This document shows positions 1-9,847 of a DNA stretch of 64,000 nucleotides, piece after piece. The stretch comes from Calcarisporiella thermophila CBS 279.70 (Eukaryota > Fungi > Calcarisporiellomycota). The stretch is taken from assembly GCF_041956535.1 (NCBI RefSeq), contig NW_027192195.1, forward strand, positions 1,199,347 through 1,263,346, written 5' to 3'. The notes under the pieces were generated by a model, which was not told where the DNA came from, ran no database searches, and worked only from the letters and a program-made list of their open reading frames with translations. The translations under genes were made by a program, and so were the position numbers. The number at the start of each line of letters is the position of its first letter. Position 1 is the first letter of the stretch.

Positions 1-42
1 GAGAGGCAATGGGAATTTCATTTAGATTATCTCGCTGCTTAC

Positions 43-275
43 AATACGAGAAGAAGGTCGAGCCAGGATGCATAACGATACAACTGGAAATAGGAAATCT
101 TCTTCGTCTTCTCTTTGACAGGGGTTGGGGCCGTGCGCTTCTCCTTTTTCTTCGCTAGCCGCCAGAAAGGCTTCTTCTCCTTCTCGTTCCGTTCCAATTC
201 AACGCCCTCTGACGTTTCCATTGGCTCATCCTTGCTCACGGTAAGCGTAGTTTCTATTTTTTCAGCGTTGTTCAT
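43..275 (-). CDS. ABCB/MDR-type ABC transporter, first coding exon (gene runs off the window start)
   Basis: ATG at 275; charged N-tail then KKISYFQLYRYASWLDLLL, typical of the ABCB1/MDR N-terminus; GTAAGC donor at 42-37. Confidence 0.75.
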
Positions 276-1264
276 TTCAAATTCCTGCCCTTCAAAAGTA
301 AAAAAAAAAATTGAAATGAATGACACCGCCTTGCAGTTAGAGTGGGAAAGCATGCGTACCGATATCTTTGCGATGAACGATGAATAGCTAGAGTGGGGAG
401 TACACACAATTGAAACTTGCAATGATTGCAATGAAGTTGAATGGAGAAAAACAGGACAAAGAAATATAATGAGTATGGCTGCCGAGTCGCGCAAGTTTTA
501 TAAGTCGTACTTATCGATATATATCGATATATGAATGACAAGAAAGGAAATTGCATGAAAGAGCCCACTCTTTCCATGTCACCCTCCCAGCGCCACTTAT
601 TTTACTCGGCGGGGTTTACATGTCAAGTTTTCATTAAGGCCACTGGAGAAGAACGTGGGCCATAAAGGAAGGATTTAAGAAATCTTCAGAATCTATACAT
701 ATCATAATAAGGGTTGTGTTCAATGCAAACCGGCCTAAGGTTTGGATCCTACTCATTCCTCCTTGATTCCAATTCCAGATTCTGGTAAGCAAGAGTAGGA
801 TGACTCAAAGCTTGGGTCTCAAGAGCCGTGATTCTAAATAGAAAATTGCCCTTTTCCCCAGAAGTTTTTCCGAACTCACTATCGAGTTTGTGCATTTTGA
901 ACATAATCGCGCTTTTTTCCTGATACAAAAGAAGCAACCTTTGTCAATTCCTTAGAATCGTAGTCAACCCCGAGAGCGAATAGCTAGTTCAAAGACTTCA
1001 CCTATATGACTTGTCCAGTGTCCGGTCACTATAGCGTTGGCCATGAAAATGTTGATCTCATTCGGATTCGCCCATCTCTATATTTCTGGTATTCGATGTA
1101 AGAAGTCCCTAGTCGGAAAGAGCCAGAATTTTCCAAGCTGTCACCGTTGGTTACTCATCTAAAATAGAGTCTAATTTCAGAAATTGGATGTATAAATCGT
1201 ATCAGAGTGTCACCCATAAATACCTATTTCACTACTTCTTCCCAAGAAGATGAAAAAAAATCGA

Positions 1265-1336
1265 TGGACATTCTGGGAATTGAACCCAGGGCCTTCTGTA
1301 TGCGAAACAGACGTAATACCACTATACCAAACGCCC
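1265..1336 (-). tRNA. tRNA-Ala (anticodon CGC), intronless
   Basis: Reverse complement GGGCGTT-TGGTATAGTGGTATTAC-G-TCTGT-TTCGCAT-ACAGA-AGGCC-CTGGG-TTCAATT-CCCAG-AATGTCC-A folds as a cloverleaf; G3:U70 Ala identity pair; T8 Pol III terminator at 1253-1260. Confidence 0.95.
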
Positions 1337-1425
1337 TTGAAAGCGACGGTTTTGTTACGACGAGAATAGGGTAATGTGGAGCATAAGGTTGTGATGGCTT
1401 TTTTGGGATTCGATATCTTTCAAAG

Positions 1426-2431
1426 ATGCCCTGTTACAGGGTATACCACAGATTGAAGGACCATGTACGTTCCCGCTAGGTAAATGTGTGCTAGCTGGCA
1501 CAAAGATCAAGAACTTCCGTACAAAAATCGGGAGGCTCTACAAGACAAGCAAAGGAGAGAATATCACTCCGGAATGTAAAGAGACCTCAAGCGATTCCAT
1601 CAATTGGGAGGTAGCTTGGATGTACTGAAAAAAGCGGCTGAGCGAACCCAAGCATAAGACACTAAGATGGAGACTCTTGAAACACAGATTGGTGACGAAC
1701 ATCATCACTAGTAAGTGGACAGGAGAACCTAATATTTGCAAGCGATGCAGAACCAACGCAGTGGAAACCATTAGCCATGCTTACCTGGAATGCCTGGCCA
1801 TAAATCGGTTATGGCAAACGGTAGACAACTTCGTATGCCGCATTCTTGGAGTGAGAACCCACGAGTCAACCAAGGAAGACAGACTATTTGGAACAGATTA
1901 CAAAACCATGGGCTACCAACGGGAAGTAGTGTCAACGGTCCATGATGCAGCAATTTGGATCATCTATCGATCAAGATTATCGATGATAATGGATAACGCA
2001 CAACCAAGTGAAATAGCGCTCGCTGAACAACTAGGTCACGAAATGCAAAAAATCGTGAGATCCAAATGGTGGTCATCGTCCATAAAGGATAAGAAAGAAG
2101 ATTTCCAAGAGCTTTGGTGTAAGGGAAGTTGGATACAAGTCCAAGGAGACGAAATATCCTTCAACCAAAACACTTAGCTCCAATACGACCCTGCCGAATA
2201 CCCTACCACCCGCATTCTAGTTTTTCTTTTTTTTCCATATTAGTCCATATTCTTTTCCTCTCTTGTATAATACCGTCCTTGAAAAATAGGATGGTATTCA
2301 TACGATCAACCACTACTTACATGTATTTCTCCTGACAATTTTTTTTTTTTGAGAGTATTTCTCCTGACAAGGCACTATACTAACTTAAAAGGATACTTTA
2401 CAATAAAGATCCATAAATCCCAAAAAAAAAA
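1426..2431 (+). mobile_element. 5'-truncated L1/Tx1-like non-LTR retrotransposon (ORF2 C-terminus, 3' UTR, poly(A))
   Basis: Frame 1428-2177 with one stop (1626-1628) encodes a zf-RVT-like CKRC..ETISHAYLEC motif; AATAAA at 2402; A-tail 2422-2431; 18-bp TSD ATTCGATATCTTTCAAAG at 1408-1425 and 2432-2449. Confidence 0.9.
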
Positions 2432-2584
2432 ATTCGATATCTTTCAAAGGAAGTTGGATACATTATTTCATTGTAATCATTAAACTCTTGTAAGCTACGG
2501 AAACTAATAAAAGTCTCTGTTGATTGATCAAAAAAAAACTGTCTTCTTAGTGTATATATATATTAAAAAAAAACACGACGCAAG

Positions 2585-3309
2585 TTCCCGCGTCCTTAGA
2601 GGAAAAAAAAATATTTCATCTTAGTTTATGAGAATTTTGCTGGGTTTTTCTCAGTACTCAACCGCTATCAATAGTATAATAATAAGCAAGTAATATCAAG
2701 CGGCTACAAAAATAGTTAGCAAAATTACTTAGGAGAAATCCAACTACAAAAATGGGAGCCCAGGGGCAGTACCTGGATGATTTTGACGTAGAAGTCTACC
2801 CCTCCATCCCTTCAGATAAATATCATCAAGTGGATGTAAAAAAATACACCCCAAGGGAGAAAAAAAAAGTCATCTCAGTTTATCTAAGCACGGAACTCTC
2901 TAAATTATATCCCATGTTTTCTAGTACTTAATAAAATTTTTCGGAAGCATATCTCACATTTGTTATATATTAAATAAACCACAGGATGTAAATTCCCGCG
3001 TCCTTAGAGGGAAAAAAGTCATCTTAGTTTACAGAACGTTCCTCTACTTCCCGTAGGCGACACCCGTCCATGAGAGTTTGCCGGGTTTTTTCAGGACTCA
3101 ACCGCTATCAATAGTATAGCAATAAGCAAGTAATATCAAGCGACTACATAAGTAGGTGGCAAAAGTCCTTAGAAGAAATCCAACCACAAAAATGGGAGGC
3201 CAGGGGCAGTACCTGGATGACTTTGACATAAAAGTCTACTCTCCCATTCTCTTCAGATAAAAAATCATCAAGTGAATGTAAAAAATACATTCAAAGGGAG
3301 AAAAAAAAG
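2585..3309. repeat. Two diverged ~290-315 bp direct repeats (2585-2869 and 2993-3309)
   Basis: Shared blocks TTCCCGCGTCCTTAGAGG, ACTCAACCGCTATCAATAGTATA, CCAGGGGCAGTACCTGGATGA, ATCATCAAGTG, AAGGGAGAAAAAAAA. Confidence 0.9.
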
Positions 3310-3322
3310 GCGTCTTTTAAAG

Positions 3323-4700
3323 ACGTTACATATATTGGCTATATTGAGGATTTCTTAGTTTTATTGAATATTGAGCTAATTTTTTTTTATTAACAGTCGT
3401 AGTTTTATCTGAGGACAATCGAGAGCTTAAGGATAGCAAGAGGATTGTCGAGATAGACCTTATTAGACTTATATCCGACACAACAGTGGTGGTTCTACTG
3501 AGAAACTGTAAACTCCTATCGTCCCCGAATTCAGTTAATTCATTTTGATATATCGATACTTTTCGTTTTGTTGTTACTGTTGTTTCGTTTAATAACGCCC
3601 GAAAATGACTATTAACAACGAAGGAAGATCATGGGTACGACCAAAATTCTTTCATGGTGACATGAACGAGGATCCAGTTGAATGGATCGAAGAACTGGAT
3701 AATATCCGTCGAGTTAATCATTTGACTGATGAAACTCTCATCGATATAGCTGGATATTACTGCAGAGATAAGGCATCTACTTGGTATCGTACGAATGAAA
3801 CCAAGTTTGCGATCTATGAGGATTTTGAGGGGTGCATCATGTCCAAATTTAGGAGAGGCGAATTGAGCGCTGGCGCCAGGAGTCAGATGGCCGTTGTCAG
3901 GAGCTAATTTGGTGGAGAAGTTGGTACATTCGGTTAAAAAGCTGATCGATAGAGTTGGGGTTTCTGACGAGAGTGAAAAGATCAGATACCTGATAAGAGC
4001 GTTGAAGCCGATATATCAAACAAATTTCAGACGAGCGAAACCAGATATATCCGAGGTGATAGAACTTGTCCAAGTTGAGGAAAAGGCTTTCGAACAGGGT
4101 AAATTCGAAGCACCGCAGTCAAAAGGTTCAAGGAGAATAGCAAGCCAAGAGGCATTCGAGAAAGGCAACGCCAAGTGAAAGGAAGATATCTCAGCAGCAC
4201 CCAATCGAGGACATATCAAGCAAGGAAACTTAGCGAAATCTCAATCTGTCGATGAAAAACTTGGTTGGTTGGTCCACGAATTTAGGAAGCTAAAAATCAA
4301 CCTCTTGAATGGAAACAGACGACTACAATCAATGATCTGCTTTGCGTGCCAGAAAGAAGAACACATTAGGCGCAACTGTCTTTACAACATGGATGGGCAA
4401 GGCAGTACTCAAGGCGAATCTGGGAGTCGGGATAAGAGTAGCGGCGTCTCAGGAGGGAGGTTCGGGCGCCCGCATAAGTTCAAATCCTCCAGTGGCCAGG
4501 GTGAATTGCATGGAGACAACGGGAATTGGAAAGGAGATTGAAGCAGAAAGGAATAAAGAGGTGGATGGAGAAGAAGCAAGTGACAATGAGTATGATGAGG
4601 GAGTTTTTCAATACAGAAGAAAGGTTGGACGAAGAAGTAGCAGCATTAAGGTTGGCTAAACTGTTGTTGGTGGAGAAGCGGAAGTCGGTTGGGAGAGACC
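3323..4700 (+). mobile_element. Degenerate Ty3/Gypsy LTR retrotransposon 5' part (partial LTR, PBS, frameshifted gag)
   Basis: LTR end ..CAACA at 3485; PBS TGGTGGTTCTACTGAGA at 3487 (resembles a tRNA-Val 3' end); gag pieces PKFFHGDMNEDPVEWI, GYYCRDKASTWY and zinc knuckle CFACQKEEHIRRNC; left boundary approximate. Confidence 0.8.
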
Positions 4701-5430
4701 TACCGTCTCATTCGACTTGCCGACGGCACTCCAACTCCTGACGCCAACGCCCAATTCGCCTCTCTGTCCTAAATTTAGACAGGAAGCACTCCTGGAACTC
4801 TCCATAGGCGTTAAAATCTGGCTTCGTTCATGCGATACCCCGTAGATTCCTCATCTCTAGAGTAATACCCGGACATCTCGATGACAGTTTCTTCCATCCG
4901 ACGATTTACTCTGCGGATATTAACCAGTTCATTGATGCATTCTACTGGGTCCTCGTTTATGTCACCGTAGAAGTACTCTGGGCGCACCCATCTTCTTCCT
5001 TCGTCGTTAACAGTCATTTTCAAGCGTAATTAAACGAAACAATAACAAAAATACAAAATAAATAATAACGGTATAACGAAATAAACAAACTTAATCCGGA
5101 GACGATAGGTTACAGTTTCTCAGTGGAACCACCACTGTTGTGTCGAATATAAGGCTAATAAGGTCTATCCTGACGATCCTCTAGCTGCCCCTAAGCTATT
5201 GATCGTACTTCCCTTAGGAGGGCTAATAAACGACACAAGGTGGTGGATAAGTATTCCGGTTCTATCTCCAAAACAAAATAACACACGTATACAAAAACGT
5301 CTCCCTTTTATACTAAATATAACGTATCACAAAAGTCAATAAAATATAGTAAGTATACCAATAAAATCATCCCAACAAATATATCAATCTAATATCATAT
5401 AGAAAAATAAGCCACCACACTCTCTGTACA
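4700..5430 (-). mobile_element. Second Ty3/Gypsy relic of the same family, inverted (LTR ~5430-5136, PBS, gag start)
   Basis: ORF 4811-5023 (MTVNDEGRRWVRPEYFYGDINEDPVE) is homologous to 3605-3907; PBS TGGTGGTTCCACTGAGA from 5134; TGTACA..CAACA candidate LTR termini. Confidence 0.8.
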
Positions 5431-5644
5431 CCCCCCAATTCTTGCATAGATTTCTTGTTTACTGAAGACTAGCGATATCCGATATTAAGAACAAAAAAGG
5501 GTACTTTTTAATAAAGATCCTCCTAACAAACAAAGATTCGGGAAGTGAAATGACTTTTATAGTAGGGCGGTTCACCCGAAGACATCATATGTGTTGGGGA
5601 CGACCGGGCGTGACCTAAGCCTGAAATTGTCTAGATAATCTTTG

Positions 5645-5871
5645 TGTAACGACGATTGATATCATATTTATACAAGCATGTATCTCACCATCATTATTAC
5701 GCCTTATCTCTTTTATCTCCTATCCTCTTCTATCATATATATAGGCTGTGCTCTATCTCTCTTGAGTTCTTTGGTGTGTTTGTGTTGTGTTATCCCTTCT
5801 GCCTGTCTTCTTTCCTTTTTATCAATATATTCTTAATAAAATCCAACAATATGACAGGAGATAAAGTTGCA
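5645..5871 (+). mobile_element. Probable solo LTR
   Basis: TGTAAC...GTTGCA termini, internal TATATATA and AATAAA; no TSD found. Confidence 0.4.
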
Positions 5872-5939
5872 TAATACTCTATCATTGATTCTTTGTAGTT
5901 TCTTTTTGATCATTTGTTTTGAAAAAAAGCATTTTTAGG

Positions 5940-6810
5940 TGGTTCGATCCTGCTCCGAGGTTGGAGTTACCTCCAATAATTTGGGGAATGTCTGGACCTC
6001 CGTCCACAAGTGATCCACCCTCCCAAAATACCTTGCGCTACGATGTTGAATTTACGTAGAGCGAGTTATTACTAACTCGACATATCCTGCTCACGACCCG
6101 AAGTGTAACCGCTGTAGCACTTCGAGGGACACATTCTGTCACACTTTTTCGAATGTCCCGAACTAACGCCAGCGTGGCAGTGGGAGGAAAGGTGTATCAA
6201 CACCATCGCAGACTCCCAGAATACTATGCTGACTGCTCATAATCCAATACTAGGAGGCTTATCTGATGCTCCTTGAAGTGTTATGCATGTGGCCCAAATG
6301 ACTTTCGACTCATAATATAGAGTCGAAAGTCATTTGGGCCACATGGCAAATACATCGGGATCGTATTGCCTTCTATTATGAAAACATCAGGCCTTCATCC
6401 GAAACCATCATCAACCGTGCACTGGATATTGAGGAGGCTATGGGAGCCGAGTAAATATGAGCACGAAGAAAATGACAAATTGAACAGTTTTGAAGCAAGT
6501 GGTGCAAATGGGGTGCGGTTAAAGAAGGGGCTATCCGAGCGGTACAGGTACTGGTATGAAGCAGCAGACTCTATTTCTACTCCTCCTAACCCCTCTTCCT
6601 CTTTCACCCTTCACTACATTTCCTGATTTCCAGAGTTAGTTGGGTTTTACCACCCCACTTCCTATATCGTCATGTCCACCGTGCCACCCCGAACTCCTGA
6701 ACCGCCTTAATTCTTAACTTTTCTTTCATTTTATTCCTTTCACTTGTGTAGCTATTGTGCTTTATTGGGGAGCTTCTCAAACAAAATAGACTCACTAATG
6801 ATAAAAAAAT
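5940..6810 (+). mobile_element. Older, heavily degenerate L1/Tx1-like LINE 3' fragment related to 1426-2431
   Basis: Translation through stops and frameshifts gives WGNVW..PKYLALR..RVITN..CNRC..DTFCH.FFECP..W, then VIWATWQIHRDRI..SKWCK, colinear with the young element; pyrimidine-rich 3' UTR and short A-run near 6803. Confidence 0.7.
6286..6345. repeat. Perfect 26-bp inverted repeat with 8-nt loop
   Basis: CATGTGGCCCAAATGACTTTCGACTC-ATAATATA-GAGTCGAAAGTCATTTGGGCCACATG. Confidence 0.95.
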
Positions 6811-6875
6811 ACATGGATTCCGATAAGAAGAAACAATTCTGTAAAAACCAGATTATATCAGATTCTCTCCATCAA

Positions 6876-6988
6876 TTTGTTTAACTTTTCTTGTCGAGTT
6901 TACAAAAGGACCAAGAGCAATCGTTAAACTAATAAAGGAAATTCTTGTCTTGGTCCTTTTGTAAACTCGACAAGAAAAGTTAAACAAA
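6876..6988. repeat. Perfect 41-bp inverted repeat with 31-nt spacer (MITE-like or fold-back)
   Basis: 6876-6916 is the exact reverse complement of 6948-6988. Confidence 0.9.
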
Positions 6989-6997
6989 AATATAGAA

Positions 6998-7187
6998 CGG
7001 CGAAAGGCTTTGACTGAATCCTACGGTTCGCATACACGGTATTGTAGGGAAATTACCTCTATCCTCAACGAGAATGGCTATGTACGAATTCAGCAGAGCA
7101 TATTCGGCATCAGGGTGGATGCCTGCTTGCATAAGTAGTAATTCCTCTTAACGATATTCGTAATTTACAACGGATAAGTGGATAAAC
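6998..7187 (+). pseudogene. VapD/Cas2-like nuclease pseudogene, copy A (5' and 3' truncated)
   Basis: RRKALTESYGSHTRYCREITSILNENGYVRIQQSIF, frameshift, RHQGGCLLA*VVIPLNDIRNLQ. Confidence 0.6.
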
Positions 7188-7500
7188 GAGCATATCAACT
7201 CCACGAACAAATGGAGCAAAACCCATATACACTGCGTCCTGAATAGATACTAGAACGTTTAAAAGATGAGGCTCTCCGTTTGGAGCCTGGCCGTTTATCC
7301 ATTGTAAATTACGAATATTGTTACCACTTGTGCAAGCAGACATCCACCCTGATGCCGATATGCTCTGCTGAATTCGTACAAAGCCATAATCGTTGAGTAT
7401 AGAAGCAATTTCCCTATAATACCTTGTATGCGAGCCGTAGGATTCAGTTAAAGCCCTAGGTCATATTGGATTATCCAATGTCCAACACTAGCAAGATCTT
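7188..7500 (-). pseudogene. VapD/Cas2-like nuclease pseudogene, copy B (inverted relative to copy A)
   Basis: GHWIIQYDL, frameshift, ALTESYGSHTRYYREIASILNDYGFVRIQQSI, frameshift, RHQGGCLLAQV, deletion, NNIRNLQWING; fits the VapD pattern hhh[FY]DL-x4-L-x3-YG-x(5-6)-Y-x2-I-x3-L-x3-GF-x3-Q-x-S. Confidence 0.65.
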
Positions 7501-9744
7501 CTCTACACAGCTTACATATTGTTATTTCTATGTATATGCAAAAAATGATACTAGTATGAAACCACGTTGAGCTTGAATCCTCACAGAATTTATCCTTGGT
7601 TTATATACGGCGAATACAATATTTATTATCATTAGATTAAAGCATGAGAACGAATGAATTTCTATCGCACACAAAGAGCATAAATCAAACTTAGAGATTA
7701 TTCTAAATTCGTGACCACAATGACTCAGGATGGGGTGTGAGTTATCCTGTCCAAACATTCAAGCGATATGCCTTTGTCTAAAGAGAGATTAGAGCGATAG
7801 TGGGTTGCTATGTAGCACTCTAATGGTCACAACGATTTGTTTAATGTTTTTAACAGCTTTGGGTTGTTATGAATTTTAATCAGTTTGGTTATAGTTATTT
7901 ACGTCTCCTTTGTTTCCTATCTGACCTCAATTGGGTTTTTCATGAACCCACATCAATTAGATCAGGCTTTATTGCAGTTTATTGAGGACAATGTATAGGT
8001 TATGGGGGGCGTAGACCTTGTAGTTACTTGATTGATATCAATTACTACCTTGTTGTTTTATCTATCTCATCTTTGAACACCAATGAGAGTTATTCTCCTT
8101 TGTTCACCATCCTATTTAAACTCTTTGGTTTATTTTAATGTTCCACACCAATTCCCTGAATTAGAATGATAAATATTTTATTTTTAGCGAGGTCCGGACA
8201 CCCCTCCACACAAATCTCCTTTCACCCGTAACAATGCAGCACAAACATCCAAGGTAACAATAGACCAATGCTGGTATTTTCTTATGGATAGAGTGCCGCA
8301 TCGCCGCCGCCCTTTAGCAGACGGGTAATAGGGGGTTCTCTCAGGCCTCAATGGCTATCAAAAGGGTAGTAAAATGCAATAATAGTAAGTAAACTCCATG
8401 TGGGAAAGGTCGGGAGAAGCGCCTTAATGGTCCTGATATTGAATTTGGCCCTTCCCATTTCCTTTGGATGTCATTTCAATTAGACTTTAAAATTCTTGCA
8501 TCTCAAGCAGAAATAATAAAAACGCCTCGGCTTTTTTAAAGGCGAGACGGTTCGGTGATATGGGGGCTTCGGAGCCAGTTTGCTAGATAACGGGCTCAGC
8601 CTCCATTGACGATGCGGCACAAGGGCATGAGAAGACTTCACGGCTCAAGTGGCCCCCACCATATTGCAATTGTCAAATTAAAATGGCCACCAACGGAGAC
8701 CGCAAATTGAAACCAAAATGGATCCAATATACGAGACACGATAAGGATCACATAGTTTCGTTCAACTTTCCATATTACTCAGGATTATTATAAAAACTGT
8801 AGAGTCGAAATTTAGTCTGAAGATCTCTCTAAAAGCAGACTATCAGGAGAAAAGGGCCGAGGCACGCGCTGTTTAGACTTCAAATGGGTAATCTACATTT
8901 GACTGAATTCACACTGCCACATTTGTTATCCTCTGTTTGCTGTAATTTTATGGAGTTAAGGAGTCGGAGATTTCGGCTGTTCTAGTCCAACTTGGTTTAG
9001 AGGGATTTTGAATGACGGAGATCAACAGATCCATCTAGAAAGTACTCTTATAAGAGATAAACAGCACACAAATCTAGCAATACTTTCCCCGTGCAGTCCG
9101 CCACAAGTGTGACGGATCGGCACCTCCCCCGATCATCCTAGCTTAATTCAATACAAACACGAACGATACTCCGCTAGAGAAACGAGAGGCGAGATGATAA
9201 CATCATCCAATATATATATTCCTGCGTCGAAAATTCATATGGACGTTATTGCCTCTCCAGTCCATTTTTTCTATACCATCTCAGTATGGTTCTAGAAGAG
9301 GTTAGAAAGAGTGGCCCTTGGATAAAGATCTATATGATGAAGTTAGGTAAACACTATGGTAATGGGTGGTCTTGTAGATGCTGGAAAAAGAGGGTAAGTC
9401 ACTATTAGTAACCTTTTGATTTTGATTTTTTTTTTGGGGGGGGGGGGACGACTTTCTATAGCACGGCCAAGCTTGCCTATGGATGTCAAGGTTTTAACCA
9501 AACGAGGGTTACTTAATTGCGTTATTTTTTGTATACGTTTCTCATCTGTGGAGGGGTCCTCTTAAAATTGAGAGCATTCCATATCAACCGACACACTAGA
9601 AAAACATTTTAGTATTTTCCCACATTAAATAGGAAAAACCACAAGGAGAGCTTGAAAAAAACAAAAATGTCCATCAAAGGGAAATGATAAAAAGTGGCAA
9701 AGTAGAGTAGAACAGATTAAAATATTCTCAAAAAGCTGATATAC

Positions 9745-9792
9745 AAAAGAAAAGAAAAGAAAAGAAAAGAGAAGAGAAGAGAAGAGGAGAAG
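9745..9792. repeat. Compound (AAAAG)n/(AGAAG)n microsatellite in the PPZ 3' region
   Basis: Seen directly in the sequence. Confidence 0.9.
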
Positions 9793-9847
9793 AAACAAGT
9801 GCTAAACCAAACCAATTAAACGAATCAAAAGAGCAGGAAAACAATTG

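Noticed and set aside
749-937. 62-aa ORF between the ABC transporter and the tRNA
   Set aside because: Non-ATG start, no recognisable motif
5941-5953. B-box-like GGTTCGATCC suggesting a second tRNA or SINE
   Set aside because: No convincing T-stem, A-box or cloverleaf around it
2585-7500. CRISPR array or cas operon near the Cas2/VapD-like relic
   Set aside because: No short regularly spaced repeats with unique spacers and no cas1-like ORF; the repeats here are long duplications or inverted repeats
7860-8160. Possible gag-like relic on the minus strand (LQGLRP)
   Set aside because: A single short motif amid many stops is not enough support
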